A DNA stretch of 64,000 bases. It comes from a virus (taxonomy: Duplodnaviria; Caudoviricetes). Positions 1-8,538 of this stretch are shown here, one piece after another. Position 1 is the stretch's first letter. The number at the start of each line of letters is the position of its first letter. The stretch covers positions 6,386 to 70,385 of IMG/VR virus record IMGVR_UViG_3300020137_000001; one strand, given 5' to 3'. Both the position numbers and the translations under genes were made by a program. Under the pieces are notes generated by a model, which searched no databases, was not told where the DNA came from, and saw only the letters and a list, made by a program, of their open reading frames with translations.

Positions 1-190
1 TGCTGTCGATGAACTGACCGTCTCGATAGACCCAGTGAGTGAATGAGCCGTCGCTGTTCTTCGACGATCGACGAATGCGCGGCGGTGTCTTCTCACCATC
101 TGGCACGTGATCGAGATGCCAGTTGTCCTTGTCGACCTCGATCCATTTCCAGTTGTCGCGGGCAGGCTTGGTCTTACTAGCCTTGACCAT
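1..190 (-). CDS. Hypothetical early protein, truncated by window edge
   Basis: ATG at 190 (MVKASKTKPARDNWKW...) just downstream of the 195..401 stop; open to position 1. Confidence 0.4.
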   Translation of the reverse strand, partial: MVKASKTKPARDNWKWIEVDKDNWHLDHVPDGEKTPPRIRRSSKNSDGSFTHWVYRDGQFIDS

Positions 191-194
191 CTTC

Positions 195-401
195 TCACCT
201 CCCTTGTGAGGCACTTATCTGCGCGTCTTTCAACAGTATGTAGATCATACGACTTGACACCGTTCCATTTATGATCTGCAACTTTATTGGATATGAATTT
301 GATGTCCTTCGCAGATACAAGAACCGATTGTCTTTCTCCAAGGCATAGTATGGTTCCAGTGTTGTTTCTGCGTCACCAACGACCATTCTAGGTGTCATCA
401 T
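195..401 (-). CDS. Hypothetical early protein
   Basis: ORF coupled by ATGA overlap to 398..643. Confidence 0.5.
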   Translation of the reverse strand: MMTPRMVVGDAETTLEPYYALEKDNRFLYLRRTSNSYPIKLQIINGTVSSRMIYILLKDAQISASQGR

Positions 402-643
402 CGTTCTCTTCCCCTGTACTTCTCAAGAGACCACGGCGAGCCGCCTCGCGTGTTGTACGGTCTGTGTGCCGACACTTGAACGACGTGCAGACCGTATATG
501 TTCAACTCACCGATCATCATTCTCGCATCATGCTGCGATGCGAACAGAAGTGCCGTCGCCGGGTCCTCTGTCCACTTGAAATCTGCGCGCGCCAGCAACG
601 AGCCGTCCAGATTGCACACTGCGAATCCAGTGACGATGTTCAT
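398..643 (-). CDS. Hypothetical early protein
   Basis: ORF in tightly coupled minus-strand array. Confidence 0.6.
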   Translation of the reverse strand: MNIVTGFAVCNLDGSLLARADFKWTEDPATALLFASQHDARMMIGELNIYGLHVVQVSAHRPYNTRGGSPWSLEKYRGRER

Positions 644-810
644 CTTCCGAGTATCTCCTTCGCTCTCTCAAGTGCTTCATCCCACGCGTCATCTGACACG
701 TTGTCGACGATGACACGGAGCCACGTCCATTCCAGGAGGTCAACGGGATTGACCATCTGTTCATTATTCTTATGGGTGTCGATCAGCAATACGGCCTCAT
801 CCCTTGTCAT
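640..810 (-). CDS. Small hypothetical protein (56 aa), paralogue of 807..929
   Basis: Hand translation MTRDEAVLLIDTHKNNEQMVNPVDLLEWTWLRVIVDNVSDDAWDEALERAKEILGR; ATGA overlaps on both sides; below ORF-track cutoff. Confidence 0.6.
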   Translation of the reverse strand: MTRDEAVLLIDTHKNNEQMVNPVDLLEWTWLRVIVDNVSDDAWDEALERAKEILGR

Positions 811-929
811 CGTTCAGTACCCCTCATTGTCTGTCGAGCTGTCATCAGCGTCTCATTCCACACATCGTCCGACACGTTGATAGCGTTGACGATGATGGCG
901 ATGACACGCAACAAAGCCTCCTCGGTCAT
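807..929 (-). CDS. Small hypothetical protein (40 aa), paralogue of 640..810
   Basis: Hand translation MTEEALLRVIAIIVNAINVSDDVWNETLMTARQTMRGTER; ATGA overlaps on both sides. Confidence 0.55.
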   Translation of the reverse strand: MTEEALLRVIAIIVNAINVSDDVWNETLMTARQTMRGTER

Positions 930-1189
930 GCCCGGTACTCCTCTCGCTTGATGAACGGGAAACACGTGACCGCCGTATCGTAGTTCACCGGGCTGCCACG
1001 ATCCGCGATTGCGAGCGCCACGTAGGCGCGCGAGATGTCATAGTTTTTGTCATCCGACGGCGGCAGTCTAACAATGCCGCAGTAGCACTTGAAGTCGTTG
1101 ACCTGACCGGCGGTCAACACATACATGAGAGACACGCCACTATGTGACAGATCAGGAACACCTGGAACATACGTGTTGACTACTCTCAT
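926..1189 (-). CDS. Hypothetical early protein
   Basis: Coupled ORF in early array. Confidence 0.6.
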   Translation of the reverse strand: MRVVNTYVPGVPDLSHSGVSLMYVLTAGQVNDFKCYCGIVRLPPSDDKNYDISRAYVALAIADRGSPVNYDTAVTCFPFIKREEYRA

Positions 1190-1371
1190 CTTACATTCTC
1201 CTTCTTGTCTGTTATGCTGTCAGCCAGTTTTGCGATCACCTCAGACGCCACGCATAGAATGAGGACACGCCATGTCATCTCGACCTCAAGAATGATAGCG
1301 ACTATTGCCAGTGGAACATACCACAGAACACCGTTGACGAAACCTCGAATCAGTCTCTGATATGCAATCAT
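1186..1371 (-). CDS. Small membrane protein (2 predicted TM)
   Basis: Hydrophobic segments VLWYVPLAIVAIIL and VLILCVASEVIA; ATGA overlaps. Confidence 0.55.
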   Translation of the reverse strand: MIAYQRLIRGFVNGVLWYVPLAIVAIILEVEMTWRVLILCVASEVIAKLADSITDKKENVR

Positions 1372-1820
1372 GACCTATCCTTCTTCAGGTCAACACACAT
1401 GTCGGACGACAACGGACCGTGCGGCAAACTGGTAAGACTCTCCGATCCAACAGTCATCTTCGAGACCAACAACTCACCGAATGCTTCGATCAACTGATCG
1501 AGTACCTCGCAGGTTTCGGCGCTGCAACCGGAACACTCTCGGTACTCCTCCATCGCATCGACGCAGTCGAACAACACGGCCTCGGCGATCTCCATTTGCG
1601 CACTCGGCGTCTTACTCGGCCTGTTCGGCGCGGCGTCCTGGATTGTCACGAGCACACCACTTATCAGCCCCCGCTCGCGATCGCTTATCTCGTCGAACGG
1701 GTTCTCCATCAGCGTGTGAACAGACCGCAGCACGGCGAAAGCGTCTGCTGCCGCCCTGACGACCGAGACCGTGCGAGGCGGGGGTATGACTGCGCCCGGT
1801 TGCTTGCTGCCCGTGATCAT
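1368..1820 (-). CDS. Hypothetical early protein
   Basis: Coupled ORF, helical composition. Confidence 0.55.
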   Translation of the reverse strand: MITGSKQPGAVIPPPRTVSVVRAAADAFAVLRSVHTLMENPFDEISDRERGLISGVLVTIQDAAPNRPSKTPSAQMEIAEAVLFDCVDAMEEYRECSGCSAETCEVLDQLIEAFGELLVSKMTVGSESLTSLPHGPLSSDMCVDLKKDRS

Positions 1821-2128
1821 CTCGATCGTGCTCCCTTTCTTGGATCCCTGCCGTTGGCGTGTGACACAATGACGCGACTGCCGTCGCCGCCGTGCGATGC
1901 TTGTGTTCTTGACTCTGGTTCGGTCTGCGGTAGACCGGGTTTCGTCTCATCAACGAGAACGTATGTTTCGATCAGGTGAACGTTCGGCCTGCGCAACATC
2001 TCTGCTCGACACTCGATCAGTCCGGCCATGGTTCTGAATGATCGCCACTGATCCTGAATCGCCGTCCCATTCGGGGAACGGCGATGCACGACGCGAAGAC
2101 GAAACGGTATCGCATGCATTCTACTCAC
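1817..2128 (-). CDS. Hypothetical early protein
   Basis: Overlap-coupled ORF. Confidence 0.5.
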   Translation of the reverse strand: MSRMHAIPFRLRVVHRRSPNGTAIQDQWRSFRTMAGLIECRAEMLRRPNVHLIETYVLVDETKPGLPQTEPESRTQASHGGDGSRVIVSHANGRDPRKGARSR

Positions 2129-2307
2129 TTGATTCTCCCGGTCTTTCTCAGCCAGACCATCAGACTCTCCAGAACATCGTCGTCGAGGAACACGCGATCC
2201 TGCTTCGAGTACCCGTCGTGAGAGAATATCTCGACGTGGAAACCATCATCGAAAGCGTAGAGACCGTCTCCGAGATAGATAGTGCCCTCCTGAAATGCCA
2301 CTGTCAT
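2125..2307 (-). CDS. Hypothetical phage protein
   Basis: YLGDGLYAFDDGFHVEI pattern; ATGA overlap with 2304..3056. Confidence 0.6.
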   Translation of the reverse strand: MTVAFQEGTIYLGDGLYAFDDGFHVEIFSHDGYSKQDRVFLDDDVLESLMVWLRKTGRIK

Positions 2308-3056
2308 TTCCTCCCTATCATCAGGCGACCACCACCATTACCGACCTGCCCGTGCAAGCTCATCGCGCTGCCCGCCGCGCGTCCGGCATCATAGCCTGTC
2401 TTGCCGTATCGTATGGCCTTCGGCGTCGCGAACCTGATGTTCATGTTCTCCTTCATGAAATTGCGCACGAGTGTCTGCTCAGAGACGAAGAGCGCGGGCA
2501 GGTTGCCGGGATTGCTGCCGTTCCAGACCGGCTTCTCCTTGTGCGTCTTCTCGCGGCGCATTTCGTCGAGCCTCTCGCTCAATCGCATCATGCACCCCTT
2601 GCGGAAATCGATGATGTTCTCACCGATGTTCTTCTTTCCCCACTCATTCGAGAGGCGAATCGTCGTGCGCACTAGATAGTCCGTCATCGACAGTGCGACC
2701 TCAACGTTGTGAGGACGACCGACAATCTTCCACGTCTTGTCACCACGCGCCGGTGATACCGCCTCACACATATAGAAACGACACACCGACCTGAGCAGAA
2801 TTTTCCGTGATGGACTCGTCCATCGCCGCGTTTTCTCGTCGTGGTTCGAGACCTCGACGTCGCCTCTCTCTATGTCTGGCTCCTTGACATCGGACATCGA
2901 AAGCCCGTTCTTGACCAGAAGCTCCTGCACCTTGGCGGCATAACTCGCCGCCTCGGCCTCGGTGACACTGGCGTCGTTGGCCTTTGCCATCAATGCCCGG
3001 ATCTTGCGGGCGAGCGGGCTCTCCGAGTGATTTCCCATCTTGCTGTTCTCCTTCAC
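2304..3056 (-). CDS. DUF2786 domain protein (N-terminal KIRALMAKA...EAEAA...K.QELL helix bundle plus SprT-like C-terminal region)
   Basis: N-terminal motif typical of DUF2786; strong RBS GAAGGAG; C-terminal GYDAGRAAG motif. Confidence 0.75.
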   Translation of the reverse strand: MKENSKMGNHSESPLARKIRALMAKANDASVTEAEAASYAAKVQELLVKNGLSMSDVKEPDIERGDVEVSNHDEKTRRWTSPSRKILLRSVCRFYMCEAVSPARGDKTWKIVGRPHNVEVALSMTDYLVRTTIRLSNEWGKKNIGENIIDFRKGCMMRLSERLDEMRREKTHKEKPVWNGSNPGNLPALFVSEQTLVRNFMKENMNIRFATPKAIRYGKTGYDAGRAAGSAMSLHGQVGNGGGRLMIGRK

Positions 3057-3066
3057 AATTTATGCT

Positions 3067-3095
3067 AGACTAGCACCGAGCACGTACCGAAACAA
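3067..3095 (-). promoter_or_regulatory. Sigma70-like promoter TTGTTT-N17-TAGTCT overlapping a 12-bp hairpin (3074..3106)
   Basis: Exact 17-nt spacer; TTGYYTCGG extended -35 shared with other sites; directly upstream of the DUF2786 RBS. Confidence 0.55.
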
Positions 3096-3116
3096 CGTGC
3101 TCGGTGTTTGCCTATT

Positions 3117-3389
3117 TCAACTCCGCGACCGCCGCGCCGACGACGCAGTCGTCTTCAATGCACGACGCTTGCGTCCGTGAACAATCTCGTACTTATCCAC
3201 TGCCCCATCGAGCAACGCGAGGAGATGAACGACGCGACCGTGGCCACGACGCAGACGCGGATCGGACTTGGTCTCTGATTTCAGTTGAGCTTCAAGCCGC
3301 ACGAGAGACGAGCGGACAGCGGCGTAGTTCTTCAGATTCTTGGTCATGTCGTTGTACTCCATTACACTGTTGTGATGCGACAACCGCAT
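3117..3389 (-). CDS. Hypothetical basic protein
   Basis: ORF in early array; start uncertain. Confidence 0.45.
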   Translation of the reverse strand: MRLSHHNSVMEYNDMTKNLKNYAAVRSSLVRLEAQLKSETKSDPRLRRGHGRVVHLLALLDGAVDKYEIVHGRKRRALKTTASSARRSRS

Positions 3390-3436
3390 CGTGCTGCCCC
3401 GCGCTGCGGGACAGTGTCGATGAGGTCACTTGATCG

Positions 3437-3763
3437 TCACTGCTCACCCTCATCATCTGTGTCATTCAGCGTCTCAAGAAACACCGCGTCGCGGTACTCC
3501 TCTCGCATGATCACGACACTCACGATCGGCACGTATTCACAATCGTGATCGGACCACACGAGAACATTGGTCTGAGGCGGCGCGAGACTCAGGCTCGCGA
3601 TCAGCTCGGCGACCGTCATCGGCTTCGGCTCGGGTCCGAGCGGCTGGCTCATGCCGCCACCCGATCCCTCGAATGGATCGTCACTCATGTCTGCGCTCCA
3701 TCTACTTGAGATGACCGATGTCGCAGTTCTCGTGCGCGTAGACATAGCGTGGCAACCCGTCAT
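3437..3763 (-). CDS. Hypothetical phage protein (MTVAELIASL motif; true start probably later)
   Basis: MTVAELIA.L...P motif common in small phage proteins. Confidence 0.5.
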   Translation of the reverse strand: MTGCHAMSTRTRTATSVISSRWSADMSDDPFEGSGGGMSQPLGPEPKPMTVAELIASLSLAPPQTNVLVWSDHDCEYVPIVSVVIMREEYRDAVFLETLNDTDDEGEQ

Positions 3764-4061
3764 CGCCGGTCACGAGCCTCGGCTGACAGGCTGTCTCCCA
3801 CTCTTTCTCTCGCGCCTCGATGGTCGCGATGTCGGCGGCAGTCAGCCTCGGCAAAGCGCTCACACCATCTTCACTGACAGCGGTCGAGCAGCTATATCCA
3901 TAGTCGGAACGCTGACACCGCTTCCGGATTGTCGTGTCTGCATTCGCAACACCGGCGAGCAACACGGTCGCGCTCAACACCGCCGCCAGCATCAACCCCC
4001 GCTTGCGGTGAGCGGGGGCTGGGATCGTGGCGCGATCTGAGTTGATGAGCCTGTTGGTCAT
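3702..4061 (-). CDS. Exported protein with Sec signal peptide and 4 Cys
   Basis: RKRG-LMLAAVLSATVLLAGVANA/D signal peptide with AxA-like cleavage site; RBS GAAGGA. Confidence 0.65.
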   Translation of the reverse strand: MTNRLINSDRATIPAPAHRKRGLMLAAVLSATVLLAGVANADTTIRKRCQRSDYGYSCSTAVSEDGVSALPRLTAADIATIEAREKEWETACQPRLVTGDDGLPRYVYAHENCDIGHLK

Positions 4062-4103
4062 GTTCGTTGTCCTTCGATTGCTGTTGATATGAAAATCTGT
4101 CTA

Positions 4104-4424
4104 TCAAAACTTTTCGTCTGCGACGGCGGCACGTGCATATTGTTCAGCCTCGCTGTCGTCGACGTACCTCTCGACATAGCTGACAGGGACACTCATCACT
4201 CTGTTGCCGTATTGGTCGTAACCGTTGTCGCGACTATCGCCGACTGGCAGCACGTCATCTGGAAAAACGTCGATATACGTCGCCGCTATCCAGACAAACC
4301 TGCCCGTGTGATGCATGATCGGCACCGGCAGTCTGTCGGCATACCCGTCGAAGAAACCTCTTTTCATCAAAACGTGTGAATGAACCTGCGGAATATACTC
4401 AGCCATCGTCGGTCTCCTCACCAT
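4104..4424 (-). CDS. Hypothetical early protein
   Basis: ORF in array. Confidence 0.55.
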   Translation of the reverse strand: MVRRPTMAEYIPQVHSHVLMKRGFFDGYADRLPVPIMHHTGRFVWIAATYIDVFPDDVLPVGDSRDNGYDQYGNRVMSVPVSYVERYVDDSEAEQYARAAVADEKF

Positions 4425-4639
4425 CTATCTTCGTCGATCTGCTCGTCACACTCGTATGACGGGTTGCGCAGCACGTCGCTGCGGTAGCGCGCCATCTTCT
4501 GTTGATGGCAGTCCTCGCAGGTTCGGCACAGTGGTATGCCGCGCGCGTCGTGTTGCCAGTGGCTCGGCTTGCCCGACTTGCACGGGCACGGTCTGACTTG
4601 ATATCTCGACATTGAAGTTCTCCTGATCAGAGTGTTCAA
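4418..4639 (-). CDS. Small Cys-rich (zinc-binding) phage protein
   Basis: CPCKSG...DARGIPLCRTCEDCH motif. Confidence 0.65.
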   Translation of the reverse strand: MNTLIRRTSMSRYQVRPCPCKSGKPSHWQHDARGIPLCRTCEDCHQQKMARYRSDVLRNPSYECDEQIDEDRW

Positions 4640-4866
4640 ACGTGCTTGGCGGCTTCGCAGAGCACGGTGTGGTACCCGTACTTCTTAATAGCATCGGTGA
4701 GTTCAATCGCGAGTTCAGGTTCATACGATGACAGACATGAGATGCAGATCTCTGCAACGCATTCAGCGTCGTCACTACCCTCCCCCATATCGACTGCGGC
4801 AGACCGGCTGAAACCATCAAGCCAGTTGATGAGGCCGTCCGAGAGTTCAATTGATGATGCAGACAT
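4636..4866 (-). CDS. Hypothetical early protein
   Basis: ORF with (GA)n purine tract as RBS. Confidence 0.55.
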   Translation of the reverse strand: MSASSIELSDGLINWLDGFSRSAAVDMGEGSDDAECVAEICISCLSSYEPELAIELTDAIKKYGYHTVLCEAAKHV

Positions 4867-4868
4867 TG

Positions 4869-4886
4869 CTCTCTCTCTCTCTCTCT
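4869..4886. repeat. (CT)9 microsatellite, read as (GA)9 in the 5' leader of 4636..4866
   Basis: Directly visible at 4869..4886. Confidence 0.9.
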
Positions 4887-4899
4887 CCCTTGACGTGTA

Positions 4900-5136
4900 T
4901 CAGGTCGTCTCCCGCTGCTGATCGAGCGGTGGAAACATCTCCTCGACACCGCCGTCGGGCATCTCGACCACGCAGTTGCAGTCTTCGAGTATCTGCTTGC
5001 ACAGAATGATCAACTCCATTCTGTAGTTATGTTCGGACTCGGAGACCTTGCCGTATGGATTCTCGCGCATCTCCTCGGCGCAGTCACTGAGATCGCGATA
5101 GGTGTTCTCAAATCGGCAGTAGCTCATGTTCGCCAT
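4900..5136 (-). CDS. Hypothetical phage protein (MANMSYCRFENT..DL.DC family)
   Basis: Start moved to ATG 5136 after RBS GGAAGGA; motif common in phage early genes. Confidence 0.65.
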   Translation of the reverse strand: MANMSYCRFENTYRDLSDCAEEMRENPYGKVSESEHNYRMELIILCKQILEDCNCVVEMPDGGVEEMFPPLDQQRETT

Positions 5137-5280
5137 TGTCTTCGTTCCTTCCATTGCTGTTGTTATCTTCAAGTCCAACCCACGCCTCGCCCAACTGGCG
5201 AGACGCGATCTTGACGCGGACCCGCTCCTCGCACTCTCGAACGAGACGAGCCATCTCCAGCGTGATATCGAGATCCCTGC

Positions 5281-5508
5281 TCATGACATGATCGGCAGCG
5301 CGCCGTCCTCGTCTATCAGGCTCAACGTGATCGTCGTCTTGTCGGCGAGCCTTACGTGAATGTTCTTGTCCTTGATTTTGCATGAACGAACGACGCGCGC
5401 GCCGCGCGTGGTGTTGGCGTACCTTGCGATGCCGCTCAACGCAGCGGCAAGAATCTCTTCGACGCTGTCGTCGGTCACCTCGGTCACCGATGCTTTGCTT
5501 ATTTTCAT
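5281..5508 (-). CDS. Hypothetical protein, first gene of the early leftward operon
   Basis: Strong RBS AAGGAGAG upstream. Confidence 0.6.
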   Translation of the reverse strand: MKISKASVTEVTDDSVEEILAAALSGIARYANTTRGARVVRSCKIKDKNIHVRLADKTTITLSLIDEDGALPIMS

Positions 5509-6182
5509 CTTTTCTCTCCTTGCTGTGCGGGCACTGTATCCTCAAGGGTCGACTCTGACGCGGCCCTTGCAGCTAAAGTCCCTTCCACTGTTCGCGGTGC
5601 GCGTTGCGCGGCGTAAGACCCGAACTCTGTCTGTCAGATGATGGCGGTCATTGCCGGTGCGGTGCGCACCACTACTAGGTGGCGCTTTGATTATGCAGAA
5701 TCAACTGAGGGGCGGTGTTGCTGGCGTCTTATCCATATGCGACTTGCGCACTGATGACGGCGACGGCGCGCGGCGCGCCAGCTTATGGCGGGTTGCGGCG
5801 GGCAGTTATGGCTTACCCGTGCGCGGCAGTAGTACGCTGCCGCCCCCTGCTTGTGATTCGAATGTCAAACAACCCGGCCTCTTGTCTGGCCTTATTGGTC
5901 TTGTTGGCGGGGAGGGGCGGCAGTGCAGTCAGAGCAACGGGGTCGCCTTGGTCCGCTATCGAGACACTAGTGTAGCGGGTATGCCCCATGCTAACAAGGG
6001 TTGTGGCGACACGCGGCGCGACATGGTTAACAACAGGTTAGCCGTGCTGCGGTGCGTGGATACCGCCGCCGGAGCAACCCGCTGTTAACCATGTCTCGTC
6101 ACGAGTCGTTGCGCTGCGGCGCGCCCCATGCTGCTGTATCAACAGGCGGCGCGCGGTGCCGCCAGCCAAAGGGAGACAGACA

Positions 6183-6350
6183 ATGGCAAAGCATTATGTG
6201 ACAGTGAAAGTGGTTGACGGAGGCCGCAGCGGTCCATACGTCGAGGAGGCGACGCGATGGGTTCGATCGAAGTCGAAGAAAAACACCATGGTCCTGAAGC
6301 GACTCACGAAGTCGGAGGTCCGAGACCTCCTGGAGCGCCTGACCAAGTAA
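6183..6350 (+). CDS. Lone plus-strand small basic protein (55 aa)
   Basis: RBS GGGAGA, ATG at 6183, followed by an intrinsic terminator. Confidence 0.6.
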   Translation: MAKHYVTVKVVDGGRSGPYVEEATRWVRSKSKKNTMVLKRLTKSEVRDLLERLTK

Positions 6351-6378
6351 AGGCGGCACGGCACCACGCAACACCACG

Positions 6379-6404
6379 GGGCGACCTGACAGGTCGCCCT
6401 TTTT
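6379..6404 (+). terminator. Rho-independent terminator
   Basis: GGGCGACCT-GAC-AGGTCGCCC followed by TTTTT, between convergent genes. Confidence 0.8.
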
Positions 6405-8534
6405 CTATGCCGCCAGCGCTGGCGGCTTGCCCTTGCCAGCAACGCGCGCGTCGGCGAAGCTGTACTTGGCTGTTCCCCAGACTTCACCCCACTCGGCATC
6501 CACGCGCATTGGCACTGACACCTTGATCGTGTCGCGCATGATCTGCGCTACCTCTTCACCCTGCTCCAATCGCGTGAATGAGAACGCCAGTTCGTCATGT
6601 ATCTGAAGCATCGGTATGTAACCCGCGCGATAACAGTCGAGCATCGCCTTCTTGACCTGACGCGCCGCGCTGCCCTGTATCAGTCTGTTCATCGCCTTGC
6701 GAGTGTCTGCCCGTCGAACGCGCTTGCCGTACCATGGGTGACGCTCGTCCTGCTGACGGCGGCGCGCTTCATCTATCCGACACGGTGTCATGGGTTTACC
6801 GCTTCGCCATCCATCCTCGCGCTCACTCTTCGAGAGCCAGCACTCCCAGTCATCAAAGTGCGAGCGCGCGCCGTCTATGAGCCGGATATAACCCTTTCGC
6901 TGCGCCTCGCGCTCACAGATTTCATTTAACTGTTTCACGAACGGCATCTCACCATCATACTGACCCATGACACGAGCAGCTTCCTCAATATCCATGCCGG
7001 TCATGAGTGCAAACTTCGGAACCCCCGCTCCATAGGCTTTCGCGAAGTTTACGTCTTTCGCTCTGCGACGCGTGAGCCCCGTGAGCTCGACGACAAGATT
7101 GTGGAAGTCTGTATTCGGGTCAGACAGATACTTAGCAACGGCCTCGTCAGCCTTCGTGCATTTCAGCAAAAAGGCATAATGAACGATAAGACGATACTCC
7201 TGCTGTGAATAGTCCGGAGCAAACCAGAGTTCCCCCACTTCCGCTTCAAACGACATGCGGAGTTCGCGAGCAATTTCGCCGGTGACATCCCAACCCTCGA
7301 CCGGATCAGGGCGCGACGGCATTTGTTGAAGCGGGGGCTCGGAGTAGCTGAAGCGATGTGAGCGAGTGCCACCATCTTCAGAGAGGAACTGGTTGATGTT
7401 TGCGTGAATGCGGCCACGGTAGACATACTTGAGAAGATAGTTGCCGACGAACTTGGTCGCGGCCTCGTGGCACTGCTTCGCCTCGGCGATTGCCCTGGGA
7501 AGCGGGTGACTGTGCGCGCGCATCCAGTTCTTGGTAAACTCGGCGTCTGTCTTGCCGTCGGCGGTCTCCTTCTTGTACTCGTCGATCCCGTGCATGTCGC
7601 AGATGCGAATGAGCCAGTCGCGCTGGCGCAGCTCATCGATCGACACGCGCATCTTGGTTATTTCGTAAACGCGATCGCAAGCTGCCTCGTACCGCGTCAT
7701 TAACGTATCCTGGAGTACGACTGCCCGTTCCTCGTTGAGACGGATACCACGTCGTCGCATCTCGAAGATGAGTGGGACGATATTCATCTCAGTGTTGTAC
7801 GCGTCGCCGCACTCTTCGATCACACGGTCGATCATGTGTTCGTGCGACAAGAGTGTGGCGACGGCGTCCTGCGCAGCATATGGTCCGACATAGCGAGCAG
7901 GAATGTCCGCGATATGGGCCTTCACTGCATCACCCTTGTATCCGTACGAGAACGCAGCGTCTCGCAACAATGATTCATCCTTGCCGGGTAACCCGCACCA
8001 GTTCGCGATCGCGTCAAGACCATACGGTTTGGAGAACCCCGTGATCGCACGTCGGTTCTCATCCAGCATCATCGCTTCGCAGGCGATATCATTTATCATG
8101 TCACCGACTGGCGCATCGAGACCGAAGCCGGTGTTCAACCATCCAATGTCATACACCGCGTTGCAGAATACGAGATTTCTGCCGGACCTCTTCTTGAGAA
8201 CGCTCTGCTTCAACCATCGACGCACTGCATCTTTGTCGAAGTTGTCGGAGTCAGGATGTTCGATCGGAACGTAGATGCTTCGCACCTCACCGTCCTGACG
8301 CCACGCCGCAGATACCCCTGCGACATAGCCTGCTGCCTCGCGCTGCTGAAAGGCCCATCCCGGTCCCTTTCCAACGATGAGTCCGATGTCCTTGTTCTCA
8401 GTATCGATCGCCACCGTGTCTGCCCGACTCAGATCGGGCAGTTCATCAGGTCTTGTCCAGTCACTCGTTGGTGTTATCAGGGGTATCTGCGCCGGATTGA
8501 GTATCTGCCGACGCGGCTTGATCGATTTCGCCAT
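6405..8534 (-). CDS. polA: Family A DNA polymerase with 3'-5' exonuclease domain
   Basis: ExoI AIDTE, motif A DYSQQEYR, motif B RRRAKDVNFAKAYG, motif C QIHDEL; start placed at MAKSIK (8534). Confidence 0.95.
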   Translation of the reverse strand: MAKSIKPRRQILNPAQIPLITPTSDWTRPDELPDLSRADTVAIDTENKDIGLIVGKGPGWAFQQREAAGYVAGVSAAWRQDGEVRSIYVPIEHPDSDNFDKDAVRRWLKQSVLKKRSGRNLVFCNAVYDIGWLNTGFGLDAPVGDMINDIACEAMMLDENRRAITGFSKPYGLDAIANWCGLPGKDESLLRDAAFSYGYKGDAVKAHIADIPARYVGPYAAQDAVATLLSHEHMIDRVIEECGDAYNTEMNIVPLIFEMRRRGIRLNEERAVVLQDTLMTRYEAACDRVYEITKMRVSIDELRQRDWLIRICDMHGIDEYKKETADGKTDAEFTKNWMRAHSHPLPRAIAEAKQCHEAATKFVGNYLLKYVYRGRIHANINQFLSEDGGTRSHRFSYSEPPLQQMPSRPDPVEGWDVTGEIARELRMSFEAEVGELWFAPDYSQQEYRLIVHYAFLLKCTKADEAVAKYLSDPNTDFHNLVVELTGLTRRRAKDVNFAKAYGAGVPKFALMTGMDIEEAARVMGQYDGEMPFVKQLNEICEREAQRKGYIRLIDGARSHFDDWECWLSKSEREDGWRSGKPMTPCRIDEARRRQQDERHPWYGKRVRRADTRKAMNRLIQGSAARQVKKAMLDCYRAGYIPMLQIHDELAFSFTRLEQGEEVAQIMRDTIKVSVPMRVDAEWGEVWGTAKYSFADARVAGKGKPPALAA

Positions 8535-8538
8535 CGTG

